Below are positions 34,311 to 44,559 of a stretch of 57,358 bases of DNA, in pieces. The stretch lies in the IMG/VR virus record IMGVR_UViG_3300034104_004986, positions 1 to 57,358 of that record; one strand, given 5' to 3'. Under the pieces are notes generated by a model that searched no databases, had not been told where the DNA came from, and saw only the letters and a program-made list of their open reading frames with translations. Source of the DNA: a virus. Lineage: Duplodnaviria; Caudoviricetes. Made by a program: the position numbers and the translations under genes. Numbering within the stretch: the first letter of the stretch is position 1; the number at the start of each line of letters is the position of its first letter.

Positions 34311-35807
34311 TTAAATACCAAAACTGCTATTAGATATATCGGCCTGCATTAGAGATTCTCTATGATCTATCATTTCTCTACTATATCTTCTCAATCTAAC
34401 TTCATCTGCATTTTTTTCTATAATATTTCTTATACCCATATTTTCCATAGCTCTTGTTGATACTTTTGGGTTTATAAGATTCTGTCCTTGCATAACATGG
34501 ACAAAATGTCTAGACAAAAACATAAGATGACCATTATTAGGCACATCATAATGTGATGGCACCTGTTCTGCCCAAAGATCTATTAAATTTTGAAGACTAT
34601 CTGGAATTGGAAGTGTTTTTACGTATCTCCAAAAATCAGTATCTTCCCTATCCGAAATATAGTGAAGGCGAATCATATCTAATATATTCTCCATCATTTG
34701 CTTCATTTTTCTATTATAGCTTTCTTGAATAGCAGAAGAATCTGCGGTATACGATGCTAGACCATTTATTATCTGTTTACATTGTATTATTGTACTACCA
34801 ATTGAAGTGGCTTCAAGAGGTTCTACGAATGAAGAAGAAAGACCTACGGAAATACAATTTTTATACCACTGAACAGGAGAATATCCTGGATCAAAATTAA
34901 AATGTCTATATTTTTCTATTTTATAACCAGAAATTAATTCAGCTTCTTTTACTGCTTCTTCTTCAGAAATAAAATTAGAATTATACACATAACCATTGCC
35001 ACGACGTTCAGTTGTAGGAATTTCCCACATCCATCCACAACTTGCAGCTCTTGCTCTAGTGTATGGTTTTATCTGATTATTAGGATCTGATTCTGTTGGA
35101 AATGCTATCGCTGCATTAGTTGGTAGATACTTTGAAAAGGAAACCCAATCAGTATTTCCCATAGATGTCATTAGTTTTTTTGCAAAGCCTGTTGCGTCAA
35201 TCCAAATATCAGCTTCGATTTCGACTTTAGAACTTAAAGTGACTGAGTTAATATAACCATTTTTATTAAAATTAATTAAATCAACCTCGTCATCAATGAA
35301 TTTAATCATTCTTTTAAAACATAGTCCTATTAAATAATTATTCAACTCAAATGTATCAAAATGAAACTGATTAGTATTGTTATGCATATTTTCTTTAATT
35401 ACTTGATTATGCACTAATCCCAAATGGCCAGTTTGTGAAGTAATAGGCTTGTCATTTTCAAGGAAACTCATATATTCACCAATTAAACCAAATGCATATA
35501 TTTCTGGAATTGAACCAACACTATGGAAATAGTCTGGTCTTTGGTCAGTCCATCCTTCAAATCTTATACCATATTTATGAGTTGCATTAGTATTAGTTAA
35601 GAGATCCTCTACTCCTATACTGCACATATCCATAAAGTCTCGCCAATGCTCGGTGCTACCTTCTCCAACTCCAACGATACCAACTTTACTGGATGATATG
35701 TTTGTTATGTTGTCATTTGGAAATGCGCGTCTCAACATCAGTGAGGCTATTAGTCCAGCTGTTCCAGAACCTACTATGCATATCGATCTATTTTGTTGTT
35801 GCATCAT
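34311..35807 (-). CDS. Flavin-dependent (tryptophan) halogenase family protein, PrnA/RebH-like
   Basis: FAD motif IVGSGTAG; VGVGEGST; catalytic-Lys context ATHKYGIRF; WMWEIP (WxWxIP); GLSSSFVEPLEATSI. Confidence 0.9.
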   Translation of the reverse strand: MMQQQNRSICIVGSGTAGLIASLMLRRAFPNDNITNISSSKVGIVGVGEGSTEHWRDFMDMCSIGVEDLLTNTNATHKYGIRFEGWTDQRPDYFHSVGSIPEIYAFGLIGEYMSFLENDKPITSQTGHLGLVHNQVIKENMHNNTNQFHFDTFELNNYLIGLCFKRMIKFIDDEVDLINFNKNGYINSVTLSSKVEIEADIWIDATGFAKKLMTSMGNTDWVSFSKYLPTNAAIAFPTESDPNNQIKPYTRARAASCGWMWEIPTTERRGNGYVYNSNFISEEEAVKEAELISGYKIEKYRHFNFDPGYSPVQWYKNCISVGLSSSFVEPLEATSIGSTIIQCKQIINGLASYTADSSAIQESYNRKMKQMMENILDMIRLHYISDREDTDFWRYVKTLPIPDSLQNLIDLWAEQVPSHYDVPNNGHLMFLSRHFVHVMQGQNLINPKVSTRAMENMGIRNIIEKNADEVRLRRYSREMIDHRESLMQADISNSSFGI

Positions 35808-36903
35808 AATATCTTTTTGCCTTTATTGCGTTTATAAAAGTTGTAGTATCTTTTATCTCTGGTTGACCATTATTAAAAAAATCAAGCGATTCAGAAATTT
35901 GTTCTAGAGTTACATCATCTGGATTTATTTCTGGCATTGCTATTAAGATATATTTTAGTAGATAATTGTCCATTTTCTTTTTTTCTTCATCTTTAATCCA
36001 CTGAGGTATTTCGGGAAGTAAAGAATTATTTATACCTAAAGAAGTTAATGTTTCATATCGTGATTGATCTATTATTAATTGTTTAATTGAAGTTGGCAAA
36101 AATCCTTTTTCAGAAAAACCATGTCTTGCGTCTGATTGACCACTAAAAAATCTTTTGACGGGCATAGATGTTTCTAACTCTTCCAGTTCATTAATCATAG
36201 CCTCAGTTATGCCACTTTGGTCTAACAAGTCCTTAGCACCTTTTGCAATCTCTTCATTTGAAAGTCCTGTTTCGTAGGCTAATTTCCATTCTGATAAAAG
36301 CTTAATCATTCCAGAAAATGTTTTAGAGATACCAACAACTACTGGCCAATTTCTCCATTTCATGGCAATAGGCCAGACTTCTTGTACGGATATATAGCCT
36401 ACTCCGTTGATAGAATATACAACTCTAAAATCTTTTATATTATTAGCTATCATTGAATAGTCCATAGACTCTTGGCTAATGCCATCAGAAATATCGTATA
36501 TTCTTGGTCCATATTTATCTATGTCGCATCTATCATTTAAGGCGACTAATCCAACAATTTTTTCGCTTTTTACGTGAACTGGTTTAAGGAAACTAAAAAA
36601 TTGGTGAGGCTTTATGTTTACTCCATTTAATTCATTCATATCTCTTTCATAAAGATTGAATTGAATTATATATTTTTCACCAGTATTAGTTACTGCTTCT
36701 AGGGAATATGGATCGGAGGCATTCGGCAAATCGTTGAATGCAATAATAGTGCAGTCACCTAAGGCATATGCTATATAGTCAGTAAATTCTTCTACTCCAT
36801 CTGGATGGACATATGTCAGAGTGACTGTTTCACATGCTGGAATAGCCGCATAGCAGGGGTTTGATTTAATTATAAATTCATTTATTGATACTACTGAAAC
36901 CAT
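35788..36903 (-). CDS. Hypothetical protein (371 aa)
   Basis: Long co-oriented ORF inside the accessory cassette; start uncertain. Confidence 0.6.
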   Translation of the reverse strand: MVSVVSINEFIIKSNPCYAAIPACETVTLTYVHPDGVEEFTDYIAYALGDCTIIAFNDLPNASDPYSLEAVTNTGEKYIIQFNLYERDMNELNGVNIKPHQFFSFLKPVHVKSEKIVGLVALNDRCDIDKYGPRIYDISDGISQESMDYSMIANNIKDFRVVYSINGVGYISVQEVWPIAMKWRNWPVVVGISKTFSGMIKLLSEWKLAYETGLSNEEIAKGAKDLLDQSGITEAMINELEELETSMPVKRFFSGQSDARHGFSEKGFLPTSIKQLIIDQSRYETLTSLGINNSLLPEIPQWIKDEEKKKMDNYLLKYILIAMPEINPDDVTLEQISESLDFFNNGQPEIKDTTTFINAIKAKRYYDATTK

Positions 36904-37463
36904 GTTACTAAACTGTACTTTGTGCCTATTTCTACTGGGTGTGCTATATGTAAGTATGGAAAGTTTGATGGAAAAACAACAGCCGTATTTTTTTCTGCTT
37001 TTATTTTTACATTGAAAAATGGAAATTCAAGATCTCCACCTTTTTCTACATTGTCAAGAAATGCAACCAAGCTAACCACTCTAGAGTTCATCGGGGAATG
37101 GTCATAATGGTTATGATATTCTGCTCCAATAGAATATTTTAATACTCTCCAACCTTCGTGGGAAAGCATAGGAATATTGTATTCACTTCTATAGTCATCT
37201 ATTATATCAAACATTGGTGTTTGAATTTGATTTTTAAACATCTGTGCTAAAGGTGTTTTTACTGTTTCTTGACCCAAAAAAGAAATATCACACTCAGAAG
37301 ATGTTCTATACTTTTGTACTAGGCCACCACCTACTGCAGAATGTTTCCAAGAAATATCTCCCCAATCATTCTTGCTTTCTAGTTCTAAATGTTCCAAGAA
37401 TAAAGAAGAATCAAAGAAATCACTATAGACTGATATGCAAGGTGCCAAATTTTTAACATTCAT
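36891..37463 (-). CDS. 2OG-Fe(II) oxygenase, prolyl-4-hydroxylase-like
   Basis: HxD (HYD); GGDLEF; FPSNFPYLH (distal His); GTKYSLVTW. Confidence 0.9.
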   Translation of the reverse strand: MNVKNLAPCISVYSDFFDSSLFLEHLELESKNDWGDISWKHSAVGGGLVQKYRTSSECDISFLGQETVKTPLAQMFKNQIQTPMFDIIDDYRSEYNIPMLSHEGWRVLKYSIGAEYHNHYDHSPMNSRVVSLVAFLDNVEKGGDLEFPFFNVKIKAEKNTAVVFPSNFPYLHIAHPVEIGTKYSLVTWFQ

Positions 37464-37852
37464 TATATCACTTCAACTTTTCCTTCATACAATATAATAT
37501 CATTATTTTTGATGACAAAGTTGACAATTCCACTATTAACAAATCTTGTCCTAAAGTATGCTACATGCTTTTCTTTTATAATAGGATAAATTTCTTTATT
37601 TAAATAAACTATTTTTAAGTCGTCTTTAAGTTCAATGAATTCATTTGTCATATCAAGTTTCCAAATATAATTTTTGCGAACTTTTTTATAATGTTCATAT
37701 TTCTCTATTTGTGGAACTGATACAATTTTTGTATTTTTTATTGTTTCTGAAACAACAATTTCCAACAACTCGTTTTTTGCCATCTGCATAACATACTGTG
37801 GAATTAGGCCATCTACACATTCATTTTGTGGTACTGCTATGTATCTTTTCAT
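37463..37852 (-). CDS. Hypothetical protein (129 aa)
   Basis: TAATG stop/start coupling on both sides. Confidence 0.6.
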   Translation of the reverse strand: MKRYIAVPQNECVDGLIPQYVMQMAKNELLEIVVSETIKNTKIVSVPQIEKYEHYKKVRKNYIWKLDMTNEFIELKDDLKIVYLNKEIYPIIKEKHVAYFRTRFVNSGIVNFVIKNNDIILYEGKVEVI

Positions 37853-38082
37853 TAAAAATTAGAAAGCCTATTTCTTAAGTCTTCAATTAAAGAAATATAA
37901 TGTGCCACTTTACCAATTGCAGTTTCCATATTAACTGGTTCGTCCCAAGACTCTGGATCAAATGTCTCAGCATCTATGCCCAGACCTACCAATATTCTAT
38001 ATAGTTCGCGTTCGTGCATTTCAATACTAAAATTTAGTGCCTCTATTTTAGCTTCATTATTAAGTGAATCAAAAAAACCCAT
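37852..38082 (-). CDS. Hypothetical protein (76 aa)
   Basis: GAGGT SD; coupled to the next gene. Confidence 0.6.
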   Translation of the reverse strand: MGFFDSLNNEAKIEALNFSIEMHERELYRILVGLGIDAETFDPESWDEPVNMETAIGKVAHYISLIEDLRNRLSNF

Positions 38083-38095
38083 AATATTTTACCTC

Positions 38096-39346
38096 TTACT
38101 TGTTTAAAATTATATAAGTGCTTCCATTGGAAGCAGAATGTGTGTCTGAATCTGCAGTAGTACCTGCTCGAACATCATAGTTTAAATTACTAGGAGTTTC
38201 CTCAGTTATAACAATAATAGCACCGCCCCCGCCTGCTCCGCCACGTTTACCTGAAGAACCAGTTACAGCAGGAGCGGCAGCTCCACCAGCTCCACCAGCT
38301 CCACCAGTCCAGTGATGACCAGGAGAAACTGTACAACATGGCGCATGAATAGTAGCGGAGTGGTTATGGTGATGTCCGTTATGAGCTGTGTCATGATAAG
38401 CTCCATGTGACACATGCTTATCAGAGTAAGCGGGCACGTGTACATGATGACTGTAGTGATGTAATGTGTGGGGCTCATGTATAACAGCACTGTGATGATG
38501 GTGGTCTGTTCTATCTGGGGCCTTAGCTCCAGCGGTACCTGCAGTACCAGCAGAACCTGCAGTGCCAGCAGAACCTATTCCACCTATCATTCCTAAAGAC
38601 ATAACGGTGCCAGTGCCTGATATTGACTTAGCAATTAAAGCTACAATGCCACCTCCATTTGCTCCTGATCCTCCTGCTCCACCAGGACCTGGTGTTGCTC
38701 CAGTTGCACTTCCTGATCCTCCTGTGGCTCCTTTTCCTCCAGGGACGCCGACAGTTGTGCCAACAGTTGGATGAGTACCATTAGAGCCAGCAGAACCCGC
38801 TTTTCCTGGCCATGTATCGCTATTTGTTAATGCTGGTGTAGAAGCCCCAGTAGAACCTATTGTACCTTTAGATCCACCAGCTAAAACCAAAGCAGATGAA
38901 TTTGCGTATGTTGCATCAAAAAAAACTCCTGTAGCTGCCTCAACTCTAGATATAAGGTAACTTGGCATCAACGTTACGCTTGGATTGGTTGACCCTCCAC
39001 CTTGTCCACCTACCCTATAAGATATTGAGGACGAAGTATGACCAGCAACAGTTCCTGATGGAACGGATGAGCCTGGACTTGATATTGTTCCATTGGTAGA
39101 TCCATTTGAGTTTCCAGAAACAGAACCTATACCAATGACTCCATTTATTATAGCTACATTCTTAACAAATACACGAAATCCATTTGTAAGCAATACGTTT
39201 CCCAATGGTATTGTTAGATTGTTGTAATACTTATCTGAAGTTAATGTAATAGTTCCGCTTATGGTTACATCACCATCAGAACCATTTCCATAAATTTCAT
39301 CATTATTTACGCGTGATACACTAGTTTCTATTCGTGAGATTGCCAT
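38096..39346 (-). CDS. Gly-rich virion/fibre-associated protein with His-rich insert
   Basis: YGNGSDGDVTI..YYNNLTI..LLTNGFRVFVK shared with the neighbour; poly-Gly stretches; 22 His in ~66 aa. Confidence 0.65.
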   Translation of the reverse strand: MAISRIETSVSRVNNDEIYGNGSDGDVTISGTITLTSDKYYNNLTIPLGNVLLTNGFRVFVKNVAIINGVIGIGSVSGNSNGSTNGTISSPGSSVPSGTVAGHTSSSISYRVGGQGGGSTNPSVTLMPSYLISRVEAATGVFFDATYANSSALVLAGGSKGTIGSTGASTPALTNSDTWPGKAGSAGSNGTHPTVGTTVGVPGGKGATGGSGSATGATPGPGGAGGSGANGGGIVALIAKSISGTGTVMSLGMIGGIGSAGTAGSAGTAGTAGAKAPDRTDHHHHSAVIHEPHTLHHYSHHVHVPAYSDKHVSHGAYHDTAHNGHHHNHSATIHAPCCTVSPGHHWTGGAGGAGGAAAPAVTGSSGKRGGAGGGGAIIVITEETPSNLNYDVRAGTTADSDTHSASNGSTYIILNK

Positions 39347-39348
39347 AT

Positions 39349-40110
39349 TTACACCTGTTGCATGTAATAGTATGTTCCACTATTCTGACCTGTAACGTCT
39401 GTTGAGATAGATGCTGGAAGAGCAGATGTAGAGGTAACTAATAGAATAACTCCCCCACCGGCTGGTGCATTTGCTGGTGCCTTAATATATCCAGTTCCAC
39501 TTGATGGTCCAGCTATATAACGTGCTGCAAGTATTATTACTCCGCCACCAGCTTGACCAGACCCTCCTGCTCCACCTCTAAGAAATGTTGGTCCTCCAGA
39601 TGCAGTGATTGAATAACCCGTAATTGCTTGTCTTGGAATCTGAAAATACGAAGATCCACCCATAGCTGATGTTGGAGCTGTAGCAGAATACCCTGTAGCA
39701 GAACCACCCAAAGAATGTGTAACTGCTGTTGCAGCAGCTCCTCCTTGTGCTATGGAGCCAGCGGTAGAATAGCCTGTTGTAAAACCAATTGTAGAACCAC
39801 TATTAAATTTTAAAGTGCCTTTAACAAATATTCTATATCCATTTGGGGCAAGTCTAACGTTAGCGTTTATTGTTAAATCATTAAAATACATATCACGTGT
39901 CATTGAATAAACGCTAGAAGATGGCACCATGCTCAAAATCGTTGTAGTGCCATCTAGTGTTATGTCTCCATCTGATCCAGTCCCATAAACTGCATCAGCC
40001 CCTTCATTGTAATATGCAGCCCAAACAGTACCATCCCACTGCCAACTTTTAGAGCCAACAGTATAAATCTGATTTGTGTACGGAGATGAAGGAAAAGTAA
40101 TAGCAGGCAT
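39349..40110 (-). CDS. Gly-rich virion/fibre-associated protein, paralog of 38096..39346 (start revised to MPAITFP at 40110)
   Basis: YGTGSDGDITL..YFNDLTI..LAPNGYRIFVK; N-terminal FPSSP..WQWDGTVW module; TAATG coupling. Confidence 0.65.
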   Translation of the reverse strand: MPAITFPSSPYTNQIYTVGSKSWQWDGTVWAAYYNEGADAVYGTGSDGDITLDGTTTILSMVPSSSVYSMTRDMYFNDLTINANVRLAPNGYRIFVKGTLKFNSGSTIGFTTGYSTAGSIAQGGAAATAVTHSLGGSATGYSATAPTSAMGGSSYFQIPRQAITGYSITASGGPTFLRGGAGGSGQAGGGVIILAARYIAGPSSGTGYIKAPANAPAGGGVILLVTSTSALPASISTDVTGQNSGTYYYMQQV

Positions 40111-41117
40111 TAGTTGGCATCCAAGACTGTCTTCCAAGCTGTTCCGTTCCATATGCGAAGCAGTTTTGTATCCGTTTCAAAAATCATTTGCCCAGCCCAC
40201 GGAGCAGATGGACGAGTAGACGAAGTACATTGATATGGTGACATTGTGCCACCACCAACTTCGACCCATGCTGAATTATAATAAATATAGGTTGCACCTG
40301 TGCTTGTGTCATACCACAGATCATTGGCTGATGGAGAAGAAGGTGCCGTTGCTTGCACTGTAAAAGCTCCTGGCCCAGTTGGTCCCGTTGGCCCAGTTGG
40401 GCCTGTAGGGCCTGTTGACCCTGTGGGACCTGTTGGACCTGCAACTGTAGAATCTGCGCCTGCTGCTCCAGTTGGACCTGGTGGACCTGGTGGACCAGTT
40501 GGACCTGTTGGACCAGGGTCACCAATGGAGCCACTTGGTCCTGTTGGTCCAGTGTCTCCTGTAGGACCAATGACTCCTATGGGCCCAGTTGGCCCAGTTG
40601 GCCCAGTTGGACCAGTTGGCCCAGTTAAACCTGTCTCCCCAGTAGAGCCAGGTGGTCCTGCGGGACCCGTAGGGCCAGTAGGGCCAGTGGGACCAGTTGG
40701 ACCCGTAGGACCCGTGGGACCTACCTCAAGGCCTGCTACAGCAATATAAACAGAAACTCTAATTGAATTAGAAGAAGGAGGAGAATCAAAATATACAGTA
40801 ATTTGATTTCCAGAAGTGGCTTCCCAAGAAGTTAAGATTAAACCATATGGAGACGCAGCTTCTCTTATAGTTACGCTCACATCTCTGCTTCCAAAGTTAT
40901 GAGTTATAACGTATGAAGTACTGGTACCGTCACCAATTGTGACATTATAGACAGTTCCAGCTAGATTAACTGCACTGGTGAACTCAACAATAGCATTAGA
41001 GCCATTCTTGTAGTAGAGCTTTCCATCAGCATAATTAATTGCTAGTTCACCATGCTCTAAAGAGTTAGGTGTGTTGGACGATGTACCACTATTTTTTAAT
41101 TTTATAGTATTAGCCAT
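40110..41117 (-). CDS. Collagen-like fibre protein
   Basis: Long (Gly-Pro-Thr)n tract; N-terminal [23 protein letters not shown]; C-terminal LWYDT/IFETDT..WNG modules. Confidence 0.85.
   Translation of the reverse strand: MANTIKLKNSGTSSNTPNSLEHGELAINYADGKLYYKNGSNAIVEFTSAVNLAGTVYNVTIGDGTSTSYVITHNFGSRDVSVTIREAASPYGLILTSWEATSGNQITVYFDSPPSSNSIRVSVYIAVAGLEVGPTGPTGPTGPTGPTGPTGPAGPPGSTGETGLTGPTGPTGPTGPTGPIGVIGPTGDTGPTGPSGSIGDPGPTGPTGPPGPPGPTGAAGADSTVAGPTGPTGSTGPTGPTGPTGPTGPGAFTVQATAPSSPSANDLWYDTSTGATYIYYNSAWVEVGGGTMSPYQCTSSTRPSAPWAGQMIFETDTKLLRIWNGTAWKTVLDAN
40368..40721 (-). repeat. Coding 9-bp degenerate tandem repeat (Gly-X-Y, mostly GPT)
   Basis: GGNCCNACN units; one interruption (ADSTVA). Confidence 0.9.
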
Positions 41118-41141
41118 TAGTCACTCCATATTAACTAAGTT

Positions 41142-41150
41142 ATTATAACA
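41142..41150 (-). promoter_or_regulatory. Putative extended -10 promoter TGTTATAAT
   Basis: Matches TGnTATAAT in the 41-bp gap before the collagen gene, followed by a GGAG SD. Confidence 0.45.
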
Positions 41151-41158
41151 TAGATTAA

Positions 41159-43798
41159 TTAGAATGTGCCACCATCAATAGTATAAGTGTCAACTCCAAG
41201 AGTGGTTCTAGCTGTTGCGGCATCTGTGTCATCAAGAAGACCTCTAATAAAAGAAGTTAATGTAGTTACTGATGCAGTTCCGGAACCAGTAAAGTATGGA
41301 AGCGCATCTGCTGCTGAAGTTAAACCAGCTACAGCTCCAAGGTTTGGACTATAAGCCTGTACGTTAGTCCCAATAGCTAATCCAAGATTGGTTCTTGCAT
41401 CGCCTGCTGATGTTGCTCCTGTACCACCTTTTGCTATTGCGATTGCAGTTGCATTCCATGTTCCCGTAGCAATTGTTCCGACTGTTGTAATCGTATTTTG
41501 ACCAGCATATGTTGAAGCAATATCAATAGAATCAGATCCAACAGTAATTCTATCTGAAGTTCCAACAACTGCTAATACTCCAGAAGTTAAAGTTAATCCA
41601 TCTCCTGCTACAGTAGACTTTAACTGAAGTGCATCAGATGATATTTCAATTCCACCAGTAGCTGCAACGTTAACGGAAAAAGTGCTTCCAGTTAGGTCTA
41701 ATCCATTGCCAGCTAAATAAGTTCCAGCACCAGAGAACTGAATAAACGGTACTGGATCAGTTCCTATGGTAGTCACAGCCTCTGTCATTACCCAGCCAGT
41801 GTTGGCATAATTAGTTCCGTGAGTTACGAATACAAAATCGCCACCAGCCATCTCAGCTGATGTGTTAAAGTCGGATGCACGTGTTAAAACCGTAGTAGAA
41901 GTTATAACGTAAATACCATTGTGGGCCGCATTTGACTGTCCAGCAATAATAATTCTATCTTCAACAGCTAAGTCAGTATCGCCATCAATGTCTCCACCAG
42001 CTAGATCTAATGCTGTAGAAAGTGTAAGAGTTGCACCAACGCCATTTGTCCCATTGTTATAAGTTACGGTGTCTCCAGTAATTGTTGCCAAAGGTGTTGT
42101 AGCTATAGCATGAACTGATGCGTGAATATGTAAACCTTCTGCAACTGAATCAACGTAAGATTTTGTTGCAGCGTCTTGTGGTCCAGTTGGATCTAAAAGT
42201 CCTGCAATTCTAGAAGAAGCTACATCAACTACTCCAGTTCCATTTGGACTTAATGTTATGTTTCCATTGGAATCTGTTGATGTTATTGAGTTTCCATTAA
42301 AATTAAGGTTATCAACAGTAAGCTCAGTAATTCCTGCAACTGAAGTTGTAGTAGAACCAAGAGTTAACGTTGATGAACCAAGGGTAATTGTTGAGTTAGC
42401 GAGCTGAGCATTATCGACTCCACCAGACTTAATAGTTACTTCACCAGTGCTAACTGCAAAATCAGCAGAGCTAAATGAAGCTAAACCTGTTTCTGTTGTT
42501 GAGGCAGTTCTAATGTTTGTAGAGCTTGCTGATGTTAAGCGACCCTGTGCGTCAACTGTAAAAGTTCCAGAAGCAGTTGAGCTACCGTATGTTCCAGCTG
42601 TTACTGCTGTATTATCAAGATTAATAGTTACAGTGTCGGTTGAGCCTGCGACTGAACTTAATCCTGTGCCACCAGAAATGGTAAGAGTATCAGAACCACT
42701 TGTTATTGTTTGACTAGAGCCAGAATCACCAGCAACTGTAAATGTTGTTGCCACTCCATTTATAGCGGTTGTAATATCACTTGTTAATGCTACTGTTCCA
42801 GTTGCATTTGGAAGAGTAAGTGTATGGTCTGATGTTGGGTTTGCAACAGTAAGGGTAGTTTCATAAGAATCTGCAGAAGAACCTTCAAACACAATGCTTG
42901 AGTCAGAAAGATAAAGTCCTGAAACGCTTGGGGAAGTAATAGTCTTATTGGTCAATTCTTGAGTATCTGATGTGCCAACTACGTTTCCAGTAACTCCATG
43001 AACTGAGGTTGTTGCTGATGAGTGAGTTGATACATAGCCTGAAGCAGTTGATTCTGCTGCGGTCTTAGCAGAAGCAGCAGCGCCGTATGCGTCATAGGTA
43101 TTTGCTGTTACTGAAATTGCACCTGTTGAGTCAGTGTAGGTGAGTCCAGTTCCAACTGAGTTACCTACTGCGTCCTGTGCAGCTTCAGTAAAGTCAGTAA
43201 TTGCACTAGAGCTAATCGATATTGTAGCTGTTCCAGCAGCTGTCAAACGACCTTGTGCGTCAACTGTAAATGTTCCGACAGTTCCTGCAGCGCCATAAGA
43301 GCCAGCTGTAACAGTTGTATTGTCAAGGTCAAGAGTAACCGTGTCAGTTGATGAAGCAGTGGCTGTAAGTCCAGTTCCACCAGAAATAGTAAGAGTATCA
43401 CCATTAGCTATATTTTGTGTTGTCCCAGTGTCTCCAGCAAAGGACAATCCAGTAAATTGACTGTTTGCATTAATTGCTGCGGTTACAAATGCCGTTGTTG
43501 CAACTTTAGTGCTGTTATCTCCCGATGATTGAGTGGTAGCTGTTGCAGATCCACCAAGTGCAACTGTACCAGAAAATGTTTTATTTCCTGTAATTGTTTG
43601 TGTTCCAGATAAACCAACATATGCACCAGAGCCTGCAATAGCTTGAACCGTTGTAGCCGTACCGCCTACACCACCTGAGCCTTTACCATAATAAAGAACA
43701 TCATCAACTTCATTGTATGCAAGTTCTGCATTAGCAAGTGATTCTGGTGCGCCAGATGCTCCAGAAGCTCTTCTTTTAATTCTAATTGTATTAGCCAT
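41159..43798 (-). CDS. Long tail/head fibre protein (879 aa, Thr/Gly/Ser-rich)
   Basis: QTITGNKTFSG, DAATKSYVD, AIAKGGTGATSAGDARTNLGL fibre motifs; internal ~70-aa duplication; C-terminal IDGGTF. Confidence 0.8.
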   Translation of the reverse strand: MANTIRIKRRASGASGAPESLANAELAYNEVDDVLYYGKGSGGVGGTATTVQAIAGSGAYVGLSGTQTITGNKTFSGTVALGGSATATTQSSGDNSTKVATTAFVTAAINANSQFTGLSFAGDTGTTQNIANGDTLTISGGTGLTATASSTDTVTLDLDNTTVTAGSYGAAGTVGTFTVDAQGRLTAAGTATISISSSAITDFTEAAQDAVGNSVGTGLTYTDSTGAISVTANTYDAYGAAASAKTAAESTASGYVSTHSSATTSVHGVTGNVVGTSDTQELTNKTITSPSVSGLYLSDSSIVFEGSSADSYETTLTVANPTSDHTLTLPNATGTVALTSDITTAINGVATTFTVAGDSGSSQTITSGSDTLTISGGTGLSSVAGSTDTVTINLDNTAVTAGTYGSSTASGTFTVDAQGRLTSASSTNIRTASTTETGLASFSSADFAVSTGEVTIKSGGVDNAQLANSTITLGSSTLTLGSTTTSVAGITELTVDNLNFNGNSITSTDSNGNITLSPNGTGVVDVASSRIAGLLDPTGPQDAATKSYVDSVAEGLHIHASVHAIATTPLATITGDTVTYNNGTNGVGATLTLSTALDLAGGDIDGDTDLAVEDRIIIAGQSNAAHNGIYVITSTTVLTRASDFNTSAEMAGGDFVFVTHGTNYANTGWVMTEAVTTIGTDPVPFIQFSGAGTYLAGNGLDLTGSTFSVNVAATGGIEISSDALQLKSTVAGDGLTLTSGVLAVVGTSDRITVGSDSIDIASTYAGQNTITTVGTIATGTWNATAIAIAKGGTGATSAGDARTNLGLAIGTNVQAYSPNLGAVAGLTSAADALPYFTGSGTASVTTLTSFIRGLLDDTDAATARTTLGVDTYTIDGGTF

Positions 43799-43800
43799 TT

Positions 43801-44139
43801 TTAAAAATTTCCTCCATCGGTAAGGTTGCCTTCAGCGTAGTTAATCCACTGAGAGCCGTTGTAACGCAATATATTGCCTGTTGCAGCTTGGTTTATAGTA
43901 ACATCTGTAAGTCCATTTAATACTGACTGAGTAGATATTGAAGATTCTGCTGCTATTATTCTATCTTTAACTGTTAAATGACTTCCAGCTGGATTTACGC
44001 CCAATGTAGTTTGTAAAGCCTCTATGGCATCGTTTGCATTAGTGTGCTGAAGGTGATGAGGAACTGTAGTGGAATTTAATGTGTCAGTTGCTGTAGGATT
44101 AATTAAAATATCTAAAGAAGCTGGGTAGTTAGTTGCCAT
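43801..44139 (-). CDS. Small virion structural protein
   Basis: YPASLD..NDAIEALQTTLG..LTDVTI..GNILRYNGSQW; C-terminal TDGGNF. Confidence 0.6.
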   Translation of the reverse strand: MATNYPASLDILINPTATDTLNSTTVPHHLQHTNANDAIEALQTTLGVNPAGSHLTVKDRIIAAESSISTQSVLNGLTDVTINQAATGNILRYNGSQWINYAEGNLTDGGNF

Positions 44140-44147
44140 CTTGTTCC

Positions 44148-44558
44148 TTACAAAGATAGAATTTTATTAAGAGTATTACTCCAGGCTATAGTAATGTTTG
44201 TATTAGTATTTACGCCAGAAAATGGTAATCCCTCAGAAGTATCTATATAAGCTATTAATATTGAAGTTTGATCAGATCCAGAATCTTGATAAATAACCAC
44301 AGCATTAAAAGCATCGCCTGGATAATTTGAAACAACCACATCATTTGCGTCTAGAATTCCGGCACTTATTGTTACTCCGGAAAATATAGCAGATCTCGCT
44401 TTTATGTGACTTGAATTAATATTAGAAACAAAATTATCTGTATTTTGATTTGGGGAATATGAGCTACTTGCTAAAAGTAATTTTAAATTATTACTTACTA
44501 AATCTACATCTCCACTCAGCATTGCTTCTTTTGCTTTTTTGTAGACAAAATTAGCCAT
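44148..44558 (-). CDS. Virion structural protein (136 aa)
   Basis: MANFVY..KLLL..LIAYID..NITIAW pattern seen in phage fibre-associated proteins. Confidence 0.55.
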   Translation of the reverse strand: MANFVYKKAKEAMLSGDVDLVSNNLKLLLASSSYSPNQNTDNFVSNINSSHIKARSAIFSGVTISAGILDANDVVVSNYPGDAFNAVVIYQDSGSDQTSILIAYIDTSEGLPFSGVNTNTNITIAWSNTLNKILSL

Positions 44559-44559
44559 A

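Noticed and set aside
40368-40721. Tandem repeat as a possible CRISPR array or non-coding repeat
   Set aside because: It is a 9-bp coding periodicity with wobble variation (collagen) and has no spacers.
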